Positions 48,401 to 55,091 of a DNA stretch of 62,854 nucleotides are shown here, piece by piece. The position numbers and the translations under genes were made by a program. This DNA is from a virus. Its lineage: Duplodnaviria > Caudoviricetes. A model generated the notes under the pieces. The model was not told where the DNA came from. It worked only from the letters and a program-made list of their open reading frames with translations, and did no database searches. Location of the stretch: IMG/VR virus record IMGVR_UViG_3300044634_002660, positions 1-62,854 of that record; one strand, written 5' to 3'. Positions within the stretch are counted from its first letter, which is position 1, and every line of letters starts with the position of its first letter.

Positions 48401-48659
48401 TGTTCCTTCAATCCCTAAGTTCTCAACCCCGATGGCAAACTATGCAAAGATCTCTGCACCAAATGTGTCAACTGGTACAATGCAGTCAGAGTCCACTCAT
48501 AACTATAACTTCTTTGTCGACAACTTTATCGGAGAGACTGAATGGTTTAACTCAATGATGAAAGAATACAATATGAAAGTTGTCCCTGCTAACCAAAAGC
48601 AAGCCGGTCTTGAATCAAGGATTGTTAGAACATATAATGGTATAAACAGAGGAATGTAA
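33453..48659 (+). CDS. Giant tape measure protein (5068 aa) with a C-terminal cargo-domain cassette
   Basis: Follows the chaperones; N-terminal tape-measure core (GNRLSMGLTLPL, GASANSVKVSLQRL, LFGVRQ); long helical region; C-terminal repeats and enzyme domains. Confidence 0.92.
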   Translation: MAERNGRVEITAEIDQRLQSALSQMSSSLRSTIEVTNAVNRSTDLTKSTMRGLSQALSVTSGSTNEYNRSVTEAVKNQAILASHFGKTKEAIASLNKIMANSRGTNVTSQDIAVQRAFINQLQSQLGIQKELQKYSNTQSLMAQSNALNSLATKYSYAGNRLSMGLTLPLVGFFRTAFSNYRRLEIETVRTTKLLGDSYTDAGAQVKTLGKELDAISLKYGVARDLVQGLAGDYAELGITDIKALSGLTDLTAATEKLGNVDITEASNFIKSIYQTVNRVKRDEAARAGRAISFKDPAEEALFYADSIAQVRGQLAMFNLLENKTSLALQDIAKAFPELTAASTSFGLSMTEASALIIPMVASGFQVGASANSVKVSLQRLVAMTKKNQEAIKELKLTQADFNFEAGVGIETIQKLSDGYESLKRTRGDEGALRFFSDLFGVRQGPRMEVALQNLSQFQSQISKAGTIEDQLTTQLENYVRQRAGQAGLGEKYSKMELTKYSDLSKVIRLSQNADKEVASAFTSARADFGNYLVSESKRGQDLLGKVTTETGRALFAAASGGGKGSQAEATFNLELEKALDTADRRYKTSRESIKALGREMVPVFDSILKVVVPLLEKFAKFVGGIPSGFKAFLTIGGLVLAMLGPIMKIRGAFAQLHSSVLSFKASGGIFKNLKSSIHPISAELLASSDAFLRFKNKLTQVGNQFFFKGTIKELKQMEKLIAAQSSGRTRVSDRLEKKLKLKETADYSGLYEETSNQLKNVFDESLDGYLKPYSGIKPDITGTIIDGRVVGLEMGNAFVSVLTSLGFDPRAFTRVASTAGSATTTTTPAGDVVVVPPNIKRTGSRTPPPDDDGPDGPPSGGSPAGGSPTGGAPAGGGAAQRGPRVRNAMSGLEQVWGALQGTMDFVNSATKSQLQDFAKSLNITKVSGFTVKSPKLKVAQLRRAIIEAISAPSQVIAKAAEEIQTTVEQVKETVNNNAPPAKDTSKTKKASAKATENVAEAQADVDTTAVVEQGKEDEKTAKETKPKTGRKPTVKKKSEEAVDNTAEAQSTADAATVVEQGKEDKKVVEQTKPKTGRKAPVKKASDKAVDNVAAEQAKADAKAAEQQGKADAAVVRSGPRTIKARLKRKPFLKVDKNLEGTIGAFSHLTSTINEMVANAQQVKKVSVEEAIAKLNLGIKGSKKLRFTPKDFTRLAELMGVILPQAFYEIQEFTNKAGKPLQIQADSLQNIINAIAKIVPASESLPELAGKKVLKIEQDLNRAFIALEKQGGTKAFNIGNIVGTLRHTLNEAINMMIPKENLKEGVVVPLEELTYSDLGTGGRRSRGRKVKAKPLDYDSYVDSAIQFTKTSTGTEFWRKLRKNLQLRTGKSLFEKSMTEESLNQSYGPATGEVTEGNVRVARALSFGRAKSRGARALFRREIDFASSLDKLTEEAYNAHRAKIEKGIADARARMEVIKKMFSAGMDTDPDKTKLFSIDELKAALADFEREMREANLNEDINEVIEKLKGQSEIISKNRNRPGKLVSGEDAIFDISKRLDENLAKAEASLKAEWGDAAPEGARKSAIRAAFRQTASDLQYAYMEQLALFQKQVTKETPEVARNLAIADENVEIARGKLKDVKGLKVGSEEGKEYFKGRKKADVVKGLEKELSLLEEQRHAIKLQHDELVRRNQAEQENIRNLEKVRDAQLAILQSRRVDIGLQPITISGPAIEDTSPSSSERAEAYWKSRSESMSKALNQEDADKRAPDAISTTVVNAITQVSQEILDAEQVVKAARERLDELIGLRTDISMSEPGKPFAEKAQARVKEAVKNLKVKAANIDKEIVKQEKTLEEAKTELAKVSERSRAGGGGRTGSVNLGMPMAGGFGDPMSTDLSPRGGRRSPLDMMTPRNIMSMIPSGGDLTPDLSGVIETLFKQISQAIGAPAEVMAGVLKDIDDRAKRVSTIVNTSLDQFDNELVNKLITQIQGLLGDSELTVENIYNAILGARNQIYGMVPKEIKGNVISGKATAEQVTGLVEALNLYNVSKEELLKLDARTLRKIAEKMKLEGRAKASEDVLAGLIHNAIFNLDKETIKAIDLVALMPVVEAGATVKTAGKTVPKPAAQKKVKEAVIKLEDTVEEVIVTTEQVIETTAKTVDAVFVKIQKSIPVAVRVGQSVLDRRATGIGSGWKASDDPVSPPIAPNLPRTPGPFPPPRFGYGGTDSQDKFLLSLVKIIDASVSAGKAVGSLYLSVMRAGTMMLPFGKTVWNIGSGFVSLTQSAIALYKSSKEAGTGLQGVGKTLKEIAKAKIFGGTYTNAQGKQVESAGVLGRLSGTAGSIKQAFSGAAGSGIQGLINTATMGMGQFGFVAGNVLQNLTSALQTIPYVGGPVVGILGAIAGSIYLLIKSSTIWKGTNEEAFKNFKDAWQNIKDILSAIAGPFEDFIGTLLGAPEAGANATDSAKSKLLAFSNFILNLSNRIESFVKDYIVPAIRRSLEIVVYIFNAIKPFASATVGLVVAIFNQITNRQANMVKKAGDLFKQGTQEASAGNFRMVDNAIRNVKSVEDAWATFKNSFKNVWEAITNIVQYYLSIIYLRAYMFLNLAMAEILQSLVSLFFEAGQQMGEAIQNGMFSKIKGPLKVLSYLSPVARGLGPLGSLIGMASSGAQGVSNNFFDKTQTDITSKFNKMIKAIESSGQGKAAFDKLLNSLMPKGAGSGLFKSFRDLLTKVFKDPTAANAAADNFKDAVNSALSNLKQTFFNAALSGLSDAVSKIKSEVSDILETQKEEYLKAYDDQIAAIDAMVEAEQRLTATEEYEADKRQRIKDRELQRQNYQKNRTLAIYEGRIDDARQLDLEEQKNISDFNKENADAETARNRDLQGNARADAKAVIEKQRLEASKLFDQAIKDFNEYVETVGKNGTLTEAQLTEQWKKISEEAEKTSKGLYDTFKTSFEALPGAISAVTNSAGGLFNIPYDKLIEETKKQFGIGNENADSILGLTRSMLTGQGSAISSAFDTSGPITKSYSEGLEKLKTYIATKNSGEGEDSLKGIFKKIIADANEAARQEVLKGQTGIGSAFDQLVGKMDASLRKLAIKDIVAAQLKEAIDLVNNTTIPAPRIQNRTDASGNSGFGAGGQRVPAGSNQPTPGFDPRSVFGLTSGQDTTSQGQWWSRFRLNNKSPWNAWNKFAADKLPMYQNFQLKNPQRWELKFLPKSIAVDPNTVIGGTNFGPVRFNGGAIPYGNGGPTEGPMHQGIPAILHGGEYVVRKSAVDKYGTGMLQKINQGTFGKKGGFFTGGRVRGSSLDVPGLNMGTDPKFNTTRDVIRKQYTSFYEGLEKLAPSRDRALYEWQVSMGGLNYNYMREIWRKESKDWANKGEYAGGGLGIEYDNWKKWGGLEFSDFPYNANPYQQMAVYNRMFALGYKGKYGVKEKAFSAAQRIKDTYGGKLAAFHFGSKQLYDNDAFVNKNTPSNKDKTNNSIIVSEKDGIGYTPTGSAGFRNFIPISRLRDRRGKRFVDARSSSYKPFSLFNGGSMPQFKKGGPVRLSCGICGKGFANGGLLRAHQHTGHFNGGLLPSYKVGGTVKPAAVTLDESIYGPEPTIDEKMIKYISWYNKDTTPYDALFDVRLGVSERTDLGLVKGMGDIGTLSKFYENEKYPKGTIGIGNISDKKNKYNRAILTLKKNAPKNAIDYFKKLIYSEIQRAKKVQKYQEYYLSQEEKFASDYAPSPSKAFVNIRGFDFQPYEYDWQTTSIEMMANQLKQGNLNKIKPLKAFYQNWDSSKVKKIIGIDPIKEGFYTAMNSVSKVIGFDDFSIADSKNAFQDARKYFNNNKNVLALNAQPFPPGELPEGSTIGGRASVFMPEKIGGSSSISAIDYNPKVLDYYLDHYKRGDIDKSTLKIQQHMKPDAWKRIFLHEFGHSINLGHLDEGYRSYRSGEELPKGFSSPFDRNESIMSYAYVNQDDTPARFGIGDIAYIQRLQDIIFKGKKPKTPKATVPSTTTTTPSRPTTTTTTPSRPTTTTTVPSKPTTTTTVPKAPTTTVPPKTTTTTVPPTTTTVPTVPCPTIPGVTPIPNPTIPNPGTTTTIPKIPGVTLPNGTTTTSIPGIDNTKCKVIPIRVWDNDKNPGFTEDSFAGMTWPMARDSQSGWRKWFRERKTIGSKWTYWKVVNPKEKAKLAKKQVKNPELIESIQYPVPHDPNAWQMEKDKYPERQPSRGGSKSGKNGRTWRIKWVKTCETTPPTGTTSSTSTTTTMPNGVPSTSVPGVTTSTTPIRPIPNPTIPQPCFPPEIYPTGLKVPQSRIVAIYDKDPTSRFVGGIMPYANGGPTVGPMHKGIPAILHGGEYVVRKSAVDKYGTNMLQNINQGTFGKKGGYFKGGLIPSGLEVSSDKKNLSRLGSLKIPRLQLNSPVYEGVNEDTLNAGLGHQPGTPFGWLGNTVIGGHRTKGNSLFRNITKMIKGDKINLTRGNSSYEYETAYSRILKPNQVQELMGQPQGQVSGYNSILSLFSCHPLGSTKLRYILIAKLKKAFDGRKVSRYKIGGVVKGGKKSNPAGNPPPPYKTWEEYFAAEGPLTPYQKSIMIPNRNNSSNLQPYDKKWRAEIKRKNEAFDKSFINRFVKPVSEIFGPMAAIKFGAETITGKDLDAAAGSNKKQNRLGSAANTILSLIPSKVVTKPLGKIASKTGISGIASRVIGKGSGLIGNQLKGFKSKFASMFKGLKSSKAANSGVIEDQIPTHWGAITQGLKEGVIPTNKQAVDAMLARQALELFDELDYLVTGQIKGSVNSLDKARFLDQLILDAINDVPTTATKDLSVEDRLFGIAKSLANLLNPKKGLSALDPRILPKSKELIEYQQFVKDFNGMLLREVELRSSAWNKANPNATREEQSVAYKDILDNWYDKNKIPDTPLSTNDIAPNTTKKIKTPNKSKKNNIFNPFKNISPKNKKFNGGAIPYFDGGSTYGSESQGIPAILHGGEYVIRKSSVNKYGTNMLQNINQGIYKKAGQYKIGGYVDGINVPSIPKFSTPMANYAKISAPNVSTGTMQSESTHNYNFFVDNFIGETEWFNSMMKEYNMKVVPANQKQAGLESRIVRTYNGINRGM
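36417..36800 (+). repeat. ~47-aa (141-bp) tandem repeat inside the tape measure gene
   Basis: About 2.7 copies of KK..AVDN.AEAQ...VVEQGKED...TKPKTGRK. Confidence 0.8.
43080..43271 (+). repeat. 64-aa module, copy 1
   Basis: FNGGAIPYGNGGPTEGPMHQGIPAILHGGEYVVRKSAVDKYGTGMLQKINQGTFGKKGGFFTGG. Confidence 0.9.
46305..46496 (+). repeat. 64-aa module, copy 2
   Basis: FVGGIMPYANGGPTVGPMHKGIPAILHGGEYVVRKSAVDKYGTNMLQNINQGTFGKKGGYFKGG. Confidence 0.9.
48192..48383 (+). repeat. 64-aa module, copy 3
   Basis: FNGGAIPYFDGGSTYGSESQGIPAILHGGEYVIRKSSVNKYGTNMLQNINQGIYKKAGQYKIGG. Confidence 0.9.
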
Positions 48660-49057
48660 TGTCAATAATAAGTTTTTTATCATTAAACGGAACAGAGGTT
48701 ACAGAGCAGGGCAGAACAATATCTGACTCTGTAAAAGTCGGGGCATCCGAGGTTGAACTTGATGCTGGAATAACAAAGAGATATATTAAAACGAATAAAA
48801 GAACATTTTCTTTTAAATGGGAATGGCTTCCAACAATCAAAGAAGACACCATTGATAATAGAGAAGCCCGAAACTGGCTTAAGAACTTAGCTCTAACAAC
48901 ACGGGGCAAGGTTCTTATGAATATTCAGTTAAGCCCGGTTGATGCCTCAGAGTCTTTCTATGTTTACATTACTGATTACTCAGAGGATCTTATTAGAAGA
49001 GATGTACAGAGAGCGTGTGACTATTATTCAGCGAGTCTTTCGGTTGAGGAAGCCTAA
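48659..49057 (+). CDS. Distal tail / minor tail protein
   Basis: Immediately after the tape measure gene (TAATG); FSFKWEWLP, YSEDLIRRD. Confidence 0.65.
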   Translation: MSIISFLSLNGTEVTEQGRTISDSVKVGASEVELDAGITKRYIKTNKRTFSFKWEWLPTIKEDTIDNREARNWLKNLALTTRGKVLMNIQLSPVDASESFYVYITDYSEDLIRRDVQRACDYYSASLSVEEA

Positions 49058-49821
49058 TGTCAGAAGAAAATCCAATCTATAGGATAAATGATCTTTTAAG
49101 CGGGGTTGTCTTTAATGAAATTCCTCTTATAGTTGAAGCATCTTCGTCATTAACTATTGAAACTGAATTATCAGTAACAACACTTAGAATTACATTTGTA
49201 TCTGAGTCTTTTTCTGGAGATTTAACAGTTAATTCCTCTGCGTTAAGAATACAGTTTGCATCAGCAAATCTTGATGGAATTGCAAACATTACATTAATTA
49301 CACCAGTCAAAACAGTAATTTTGGGATTAACAAATCTTCCAATTAATAGTAATCTTTTAATTTCTGACTTAATACGTTTTACCCCATCTTCAAGATATCC
49401 GGGATCACTTGTTCCTCTTGTTATTCTTGACAACAATGCTTTAACAGATCAAGGTCGTAAATTTAGTGACAGCATAAAGCAAGTCTTTGTTGAGAAATCA
49501 AATTGGAATAATTCTAAGTCTAGATATTATAAAAGAAATAATGCTGGAAAGATAACATTCAAAATGTCATGGGAATGGCTTCCCTCAACCAGAGACTCCA
49601 CTATTGATAAAAGAGAAGCTAGAGACTATATTAAGAAATTAGCTATGGATCCTGATGTTCATGTCTTAAAGGTTGTTACATATGGAGCGGATCCTGAAGA
49701 TATTTTCTCTGAAACAGCGTATAATGTATTTATAACTTCTTACTCAGAAGATCTTGTCCGTAGAGATTTGACTTCTGATGTTTATTTTTGGAAGTGCGAT
49801 TTGGAATTAGAGGAGGTTTAA
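49057..49821 (+). CDS. Minor tail protein, C-terminal half paralogous to the preceding gene
   Basis: TDQGR, WEWLP, TIDKREAR, YSEDLVRRD shared with 48659..49057. Confidence 0.65.
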   Translation: MSEENPIYRINDLLSGVVFNEIPLIVEASSSLTIETELSVTTLRITFVSESFSGDLTVNSSALRIQFASANLDGIANITLITPVKTVILGLTNLPINSNLLISDLIRFTPSSRYPGSLVPLVILDNNALTDQGRKFSDSIKQVFVEKSNWNNSKSRYYKRNNAGKITFKMSWEWLPSTRDSTIDKREARDYIKKLAMDPDVHVLKVVTYGADPEDIFSETAYNVFITSYSEDLVRRDLTSDVYFWKCDLELEEV

Positions 49822-52800
49822 TGATTACACAAGATGTCTATGGGAAACCATTATCCGATTCGTTTCAAACCGCTACCAATTCATACGCTCAAAAGGTAAA
49901 ACCAAAGGTTGTTATCACCTTTCTAGATAGTCGCCATGTAGACAATCTTGTTGTAACGAGTAGTGATTCCTATACATCAAACTCAAGAGGAACACTGGCC
50001 CAGCAAATGGCCGGCACTTCAATGCTTAGCGGTTACTTTTTTACACCTCAGCAATCAATGAATGGAACACAGAGGCAAGGATTTCCTTGGGCTATTGCTG
50101 GAGATATTGACCAGAACGGCAAGACGATATGTGCTGATGGAAACTTTTATGCTATGCCAAGCGACCTTGAAGATAATTATAAGTATGGATGGAGATCAAA
50201 TGCTGTATCAACAGCAACATTGCATTCTGTTTCTGGATATGAATTTACAACACCAATTTGGATAAACTATAGCTTTACTCAAAGAAAAGTTAATAAGGTA
50301 AAGGTTGTAACATCAGAATTTGGTGGTAAAATAAGTTACTATAAACTTGAAATTGCTAACAATGCTTTGTCAACATTTCATACCGTGTTTGCTTCAATTG
50401 GTAAAGATGAATACTATAGAGAGCATATAATTCCATCAAATATATCTACAGATGTTGCTACAATTAAAATAACTATATATAGCACACAGACAAAATCAGA
50501 TCGTGCAAGGCTTATTGAGGTCATTCCTTTATACGAAGTTGATGTAACAGACTATGTTGTAAGCCATTCTGTTCAAAGACAAGGTGAACTTTGGGAGAAT
50601 TCAATTCCAATTGCAGGAAGTGGTTCTTCAAGTGCATCGATTGTATTGGATAATACAACAAAAGATTTTAGCCCATTTGACCCTACATCTTTATATGGAA
50701 AATATATGAAAAAAGATTTGAAAGTTAAACTTTCAAATGGTTGGAGGATTGTAAAAACAGACGATATTTTGGTCAATGCTGTTTTAACTTCTTCCATGAC
50801 AACATCAAGCAATACACTATCTGTTAATGATGCAGCTGGTTTTTTAAATGGCAATGCTACAAACCAATTTACATTAATAGTTGATAAAGGAACTCCTAAT
50901 GAAGAGGTTGTTTTGTGTTCAACAAGAACGGATAAGACAGTAACTATCCTTGACCGAGGCTATGACGGAACCTATGCTGCCAACCATAGCGCTGGTTCTT
51001 CTGTGATTTTTGACCCATACGAATACATTAACTTAGGGGAGTTTTACATAGACGAATGGTCTGGAAGTAGCGGAATGGATCTCACAATAAAATGCTTGGA
51101 CAAAACAAAATTTTTAACTGAAAAGCAAATCACTAAGGGTTTCTATGTTCAGAACTCAACAGTCGGTCAGGCAGTTAAGAATATGCTTATGCAGACAAAT
51201 ATCTCGCAAAATGAATTATCACAACTTGTTCCGTATTCTGATTTCTTGCAACAAAATGCGGTTGCGTCATACTCATTTAAAGAAGATTTGACAGACAAGA
51301 CTGGTACACCAATTGTTCCGGGGACTGGATTGAGAGTCCGGTATTGGCAAATTGCAAGTAACAAACTTAACGAATTAAAAGACATTAAGGCTGACGCTTT
51401 AGACATTCAACTATCTGCATATGACAAAGCAATGAAAGCAAAGAGTTTTGTCCCTCAAAGCAATACACAATTTACAAGTGGCGACTTCGCTGTTGATCTG
51501 CAGAATGTCAAGTTTAGCACAGGACTTGGAACGGCAGAGTCTCCAACCGTTGATGTTAAAGAGTATTTTAACGGTGTCATTGATGGCTACTGGATTCCTG
51601 CAACTGCCGGTAATATGTCTTTTGAAATAGCAGTAACAGAAGGTGGTGTTCGTGCGTACCTTGATGACAATCTTGTTCTTAGTAAATGGACAACAGCAAC
51701 AGGAACTGTTACATCATACGACTATCTTGGTGGATATTTAGATGTTGATGACGGTGTTCCCTATAAACTTAGAATTGAGTTCTTTCATGGTCGTGGTTCT
51801 GAAACATTCGATATCGCCCTGTATACCAAATATGAAAGTTCTTCTGCAACAAAGCTTGCAAGATCACAGACGACAACTGTGGTAGCAGAAGAGTCTATTG
51901 GTAAAAGAAATTCTATCTTTACAAGAGGAGTTAAGAATAGAAATCATTACAGGAATAATGGAATTTATGTAAGTGATCCTGTTCTTAAACAACCATCCGG
52001 TCTGGTTTCAGAACCTTTAAATAAAGCTGTATACCTTGATGGCTCATCTTATATTAGAATACCTTATGATCAATCCTTGAATTTAGCCAACTCATCAAGT
52101 ACAAGTTATACAGATGAATGGTCAATTGAATTATACGCAAAATTTCCTAACACATTTAATAGCGATGGTGAATATTTAAGCAACTGGAGCAATGCTTCTT
52201 CAACATCTGGTTTTGAATTTTTTAATACATCATCAAGTCATGGATTTAAAATTATAAAACATAATGGAACAGTAAAAACTGCTTCATCAAATACAGCTTT
52301 GTCAACAACATCCTATACACATATTGTAGTTACACATAAAGATGGTGATGCTAAATATTATGTAAATGGAGTTCTTGCGGGTAATGTTGATGGTGTTGGA
52401 GCACAAGCTAGTTGGGTTAACGACATAACAATTGGCGGAAGGGGTGCTAGTTTCTCCGCAGGCGCTGAGGTTGCACCATCTACTATTCGTAGTTTTTATA
52501 TTGATGAGTTCGCAATGTATAACAAAGCCCTTACCGCAGAGACTATTAAGGACAGATACATCACGACTCAGATTAAGCCAATAACATCATTCCCTCATCT
52601 TTATGGTAATGACCAAAGTGCAAAACAAATTATTGATGCAATTGCCTTGGGTGATTTTGGAAGATTTTTTGTGGATGAAAATGACAAGTTTCAGTATTAT
52701 CATTACTATAGATTCTTTGAGCCAACTATTACACAGCATTCGGTAAGTCAAAAAACAATATCAGATAGCACTCATATTCAAAGCGGTGAGTATAATGTGC

Positions 52801-53711
52801 AGTTACAAGTAAATAAGATAACAGTTAATGTTACAGATCAATCACCTTTGACATCTGGAAGACAAGGGCTTTGGTCTCCACCTGACAATTCTTCTTTGGG
52901 GGTTGTGACTTTGAAAGGAAATATCAGCTCAACATCAACAACAATCCCTGTTAATACAACAAACAATCCACCATTCCCAACGAGCGGTTATGTGCAGATT
53001 GATAATGAAATTATCAAGTATTCATCTATTGATGACAATAATTTTATCTTGAACACATCGGATGATAGAGCTCAGTTTGATACAACCGCTATAGAGCATT
53101 ATATAAATACACCTGTTAGAGAAGCTCGTTATTATCAGATTAAGTATGATAATGCACCAGCATTTGATGTGTATAAGCCATATGTTAGCGCAATACAGGA
53201 TACTGTTCCACCAAAAATTGTTATGTCAAGATATATAGCAAATGCATACACAGCTGAACTCATATTGTCAGCATCCACATCGGTTGTAAGCGGGAACATT
53301 GCCTATATTCAAGGAACAAATCCTAAAACTGAAGAGCAAGATTTTACATCAATCTCTGGAGTCCCTGTTAAAAAACAAGAAGGAGCTAACCAAATCAAAT
53401 CTCAAAGTGCAACTTTGTCTGAAGACATTAAAAGATACGGTCTTAAAGAAGTTGTTATTGATAATCAATATATCTATACAGCATCTAAGGCACAAGAGAT
53501 TGCTGATTTTTTAATTTCAAAATTTAAAGAACCAATTCCAGTTTTAAATATTACATCAATGGCAATACCAACTCTTCAAATTGGTGATAAAATTACAATA
53601 TCATCGCTAAGAAGTCTTGATATTATCAATACTGATTACTGGGTTGTATCTCACAACCTAAGTGTCGGAGATACGCTAGAGCACTCTATTACATTAAGGA
53701 AGGTTTCGTAA
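49821..53711 (+). CDS. Baseplate hub/central tail protein with PA14-like and LamG-like domains
   Basis: GGAGG-ATG at 49821; LGEFYIDEW; GVRAYLDD..YKLRIEFF (PA14-like); THIVVT..YYVNG..IDEFAMYNKAL (LamG); PTLQIGDKI C-terminus. Confidence 0.75.
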   Translation: MITQDVYGKPLSDSFQTATNSYAQKVKPKVVITFLDSRHVDNLVVTSSDSYTSNSRGTLAQQMAGTSMLSGYFFTPQQSMNGTQRQGFPWAIAGDIDQNGKTICADGNFYAMPSDLEDNYKYGWRSNAVSTATLHSVSGYEFTTPIWINYSFTQRKVNKVKVVTSEFGGKISYYKLEIANNALSTFHTVFASIGKDEYYREHIIPSNISTDVATIKITIYSTQTKSDRARLIEVIPLYEVDVTDYVVSHSVQRQGELWENSIPIAGSGSSSASIVLDNTTKDFSPFDPTSLYGKYMKKDLKVKLSNGWRIVKTDDILVNAVLTSSMTTSSNTLSVNDAAGFLNGNATNQFTLIVDKGTPNEEVVLCSTRTDKTVTILDRGYDGTYAANHSAGSSVIFDPYEYINLGEFYIDEWSGSSGMDLTIKCLDKTKFLTEKQITKGFYVQNSTVGQAVKNMLMQTNISQNELSQLVPYSDFLQQNAVASYSFKEDLTDKTGTPIVPGTGLRVRYWQIASNKLNELKDIKADALDIQLSAYDKAMKAKSFVPQSNTQFTSGDFAVDLQNVKFSTGLGTAESPTVDVKEYFNGVIDGYWIPATAGNMSFEIAVTEGGVRAYLDDNLVLSKWTTATGTVTSYDYLGGYLDVDDGVPYKLRIEFFHGRGSETFDIALYTKYESSSATKLARSQTTTVVAEESIGKRNSIFTRGVKNRNHYRNNGIYVSDPVLKQPSGLVSEPLNKAVYLDGSSYIRIPYDQSLNLANSSSTSYTDEWSIELYAKFPNTFNSDGEYLSNWSNASSTSGFEFFNTSSSHGFKIIKHNGTVKTASSNTALSTTSYTHIVVTHKDGDAKYYVNGVLAGNVDGVGAQASWVNDITIGGRGASFSAGAEVAPSTIRSFYIDEFAMYNKALTAETIKDRYITTQIKPITSFPHLYGNDQSAKQIIDAIALGDFGRFFVDENDKFQYYHYYRFFEPTITQHSVSQKTISDSTHIQSGEYNVQLQVNKITVNVTDQSPLTSGRQGLWSPPDNSSLGVVTLKGNISSTSTTIPVNTTNNPPFPTSGYVQIDNEIIKYSSIDDNNFILNTSDDRAQFDTTAIEHYINTPVREARYYQIKYDNAPAFDVYKPYVSAIQDTVPPKIVMSRYIANAYTAELILSASTSVVSGNIAYIQGTNPKTEEQDFTSISGVPVKKQEGANQIKSQSATLSEDIKRYGLKEVVIDNQYIYTASKAQEIADFLISKFKEPIPVLNITSMAIPTLQIGDKITISSLRSLDIINTDYWVVSHNLSVGDTLEHSITLRKVS

Positions 53712-55084
53712 TGACATCAGAATTTTCTGTTACATTCTCTGGAGCTGGCGGTCACAACCATGACGGCATAAGCTCCTCTAGGATTGACACAACATCGTAT
53801 TCAATATTTGATTTTAGGACAGGTATTATTGGGAATAATCCATCAAGAACATCCTTGCAACAAACAAATAAGATATCTTTTGATAACTACATTATTGACT
53901 TGCTAAATACAAAAGAGTTTTCACCTACATTAATTAAAATCAAACCAAACTCTCTTGCAGGTAAAATCTTAGTTCAAGGAACTTTAACAACAGATAAATT
54001 AGAAACTAACATGGTGCTTGTAAAACAGCAAATTCAAAGTGATAATTTCAATGGAGTTATTGATAGTAATCAAAACATAACAAACGATGGGACAACGGGT
54101 TGGGCAATATCTTCATCTGGTCAATCTGTATTTAATGATGTCACCGTTAGAGGAACTATTATTGCTAATTCAGGAAATATTGGTGGAATTGTTATATCAA
54201 ATTCAGCAATATACTCATCTGATTTTGATGGAAGTAACGGCTTTGCACTGTATTCAAACGGCTTTGCAGACTTCAATGAAGTTTCTGTGAGGGGCGAGAT
54301 TCTTGCAAATTCCGGAAATATCGGTGGAATTCTTATCTCCAGTTCAGCAATATACTCGTCTGATTTTGACGGGAGCAACGGCTTTGCACTCTATTCAAAC
54401 GGATTTGCAGATTTTAATGAAGTCTCTGTAAGGGGTGAAATCTTTGCAACTTCTGGAAGTATCGATGATAACTTTCAAATTGGTGCAAATTTAATTATTG
54501 GAAATAATTTAAATATTGGAAATAATGTCCGAATTAACGGGGCTGCTGCTGATGGAGCAACTTCTGTTTTAAAAATTAGAGCTGATGCCCAAACAATACC
54601 CCCAGGTAATAGTGTATCTAATGTTGGAGATCCAGGCAGAATACCATTAAGAGTTACAAGTTTTTTAGATAATCTTGCTTTCTCTGTTAGATATGATGGA
54701 AGATGCGACTTAGGAGCTACATCGTTTGTAGACGGCAGTATTATCCAAACATCAGATATTAGGTATAAAAAAAATATTCAAAATTCACAATTGGGACTTG
54801 ATTTTATTAAAAAATTAAAACCTGTTTCATTTTACTGGGATAATATTGAAGGAAATGACTCTTTAAATATTAATCAAGGTTTTATTGCACAAGATATTCG
54901 GATGATAAAAAACTCTTTTGAAGAAGAATTTGGTGGATGGTTTTTAACAGATGAAAATAATCCTGAATCAAAGCAAGGTTTGGACTATGTTCAATTTATA
55001 CCTCCAGTGGTTAAGGCAATTCAGGAACTATCTGAAAGAAATGAGCAATTAGAAGCTAGATTGCAAGCTTTAGAGGGTGTATAA
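53711..55084 (+). CDS. Tail fibre with C-terminal intramolecular chaperone (peptidase S74) domain
   Basis: TSDIRYKKNI..GLDFIKKLKPVSF..GFIAQD..LDY..VKAIQEL plus terminal coiled coil. Confidence 0.88.
   Translation: MTSEFSVTFSGAGGHNHDGISSSRIDTTSYSIFDFRTGIIGNNPSRTSLQQTNKISFDNYIIDLLNTKEFSPTLIKIKPNSLAGKILVQGTLTTDKLETNMVLVKQQIQSDNFNGVIDSNQNITNDGTTGWAISSSGQSVFNDVTVRGTIIANSGNIGGIVISNSAIYSSDFDGSNGFALYSNGFADFNEVSVRGEILANSGNIGGILISSSAIYSSDFDGSNGFALYSNGFADFNEVSVRGEIFATSGSIDDNFQIGANLIIGNNLNIGNNVRINGAAADGATSVLKIRADAQTIPPGNSVSNVGDPGRIPLRVTSFLDNLAFSVRYDGRCDLGATSFVDGSIIQTSDIRYKKNIQNSQLGLDFIKKLKPVSFYWDNIEGNDSLNINQGFIAQDIRMIKNSFEEEFGGWFLTDENNPESKQGLDYVQFIPPVVKAIQELSERNEQLEARLQALEGV
54131..54456 (+). repeat. 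47-aa (141-bp) tandem repeat in the tail fibre
   Basis: FN(D/E)V.VRG.I.ANSGNIGGI.IS.SAIYSSDFDGSNGFALYSNGFAD twice plus a partial third copy. Confidence 0.85.
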
Positions 55085-55091
55085 TAGATAA

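Noticed and set aside
33453-48659. Many short alternative-frame and antisense ORFs inside the tape measure and other long genes
   Set aside because: They are shadow ORFs from codon bias and low-complexity Thr/Ala tracts, without RBS or recognisable motifs.
54131-54456. DGR template/variable repeat pair in the tail fibre
   Set aside because: The copies are in-frame tandem repeats differing mostly at synonymous positions, not only at adenines; no reverse transcriptase is present.
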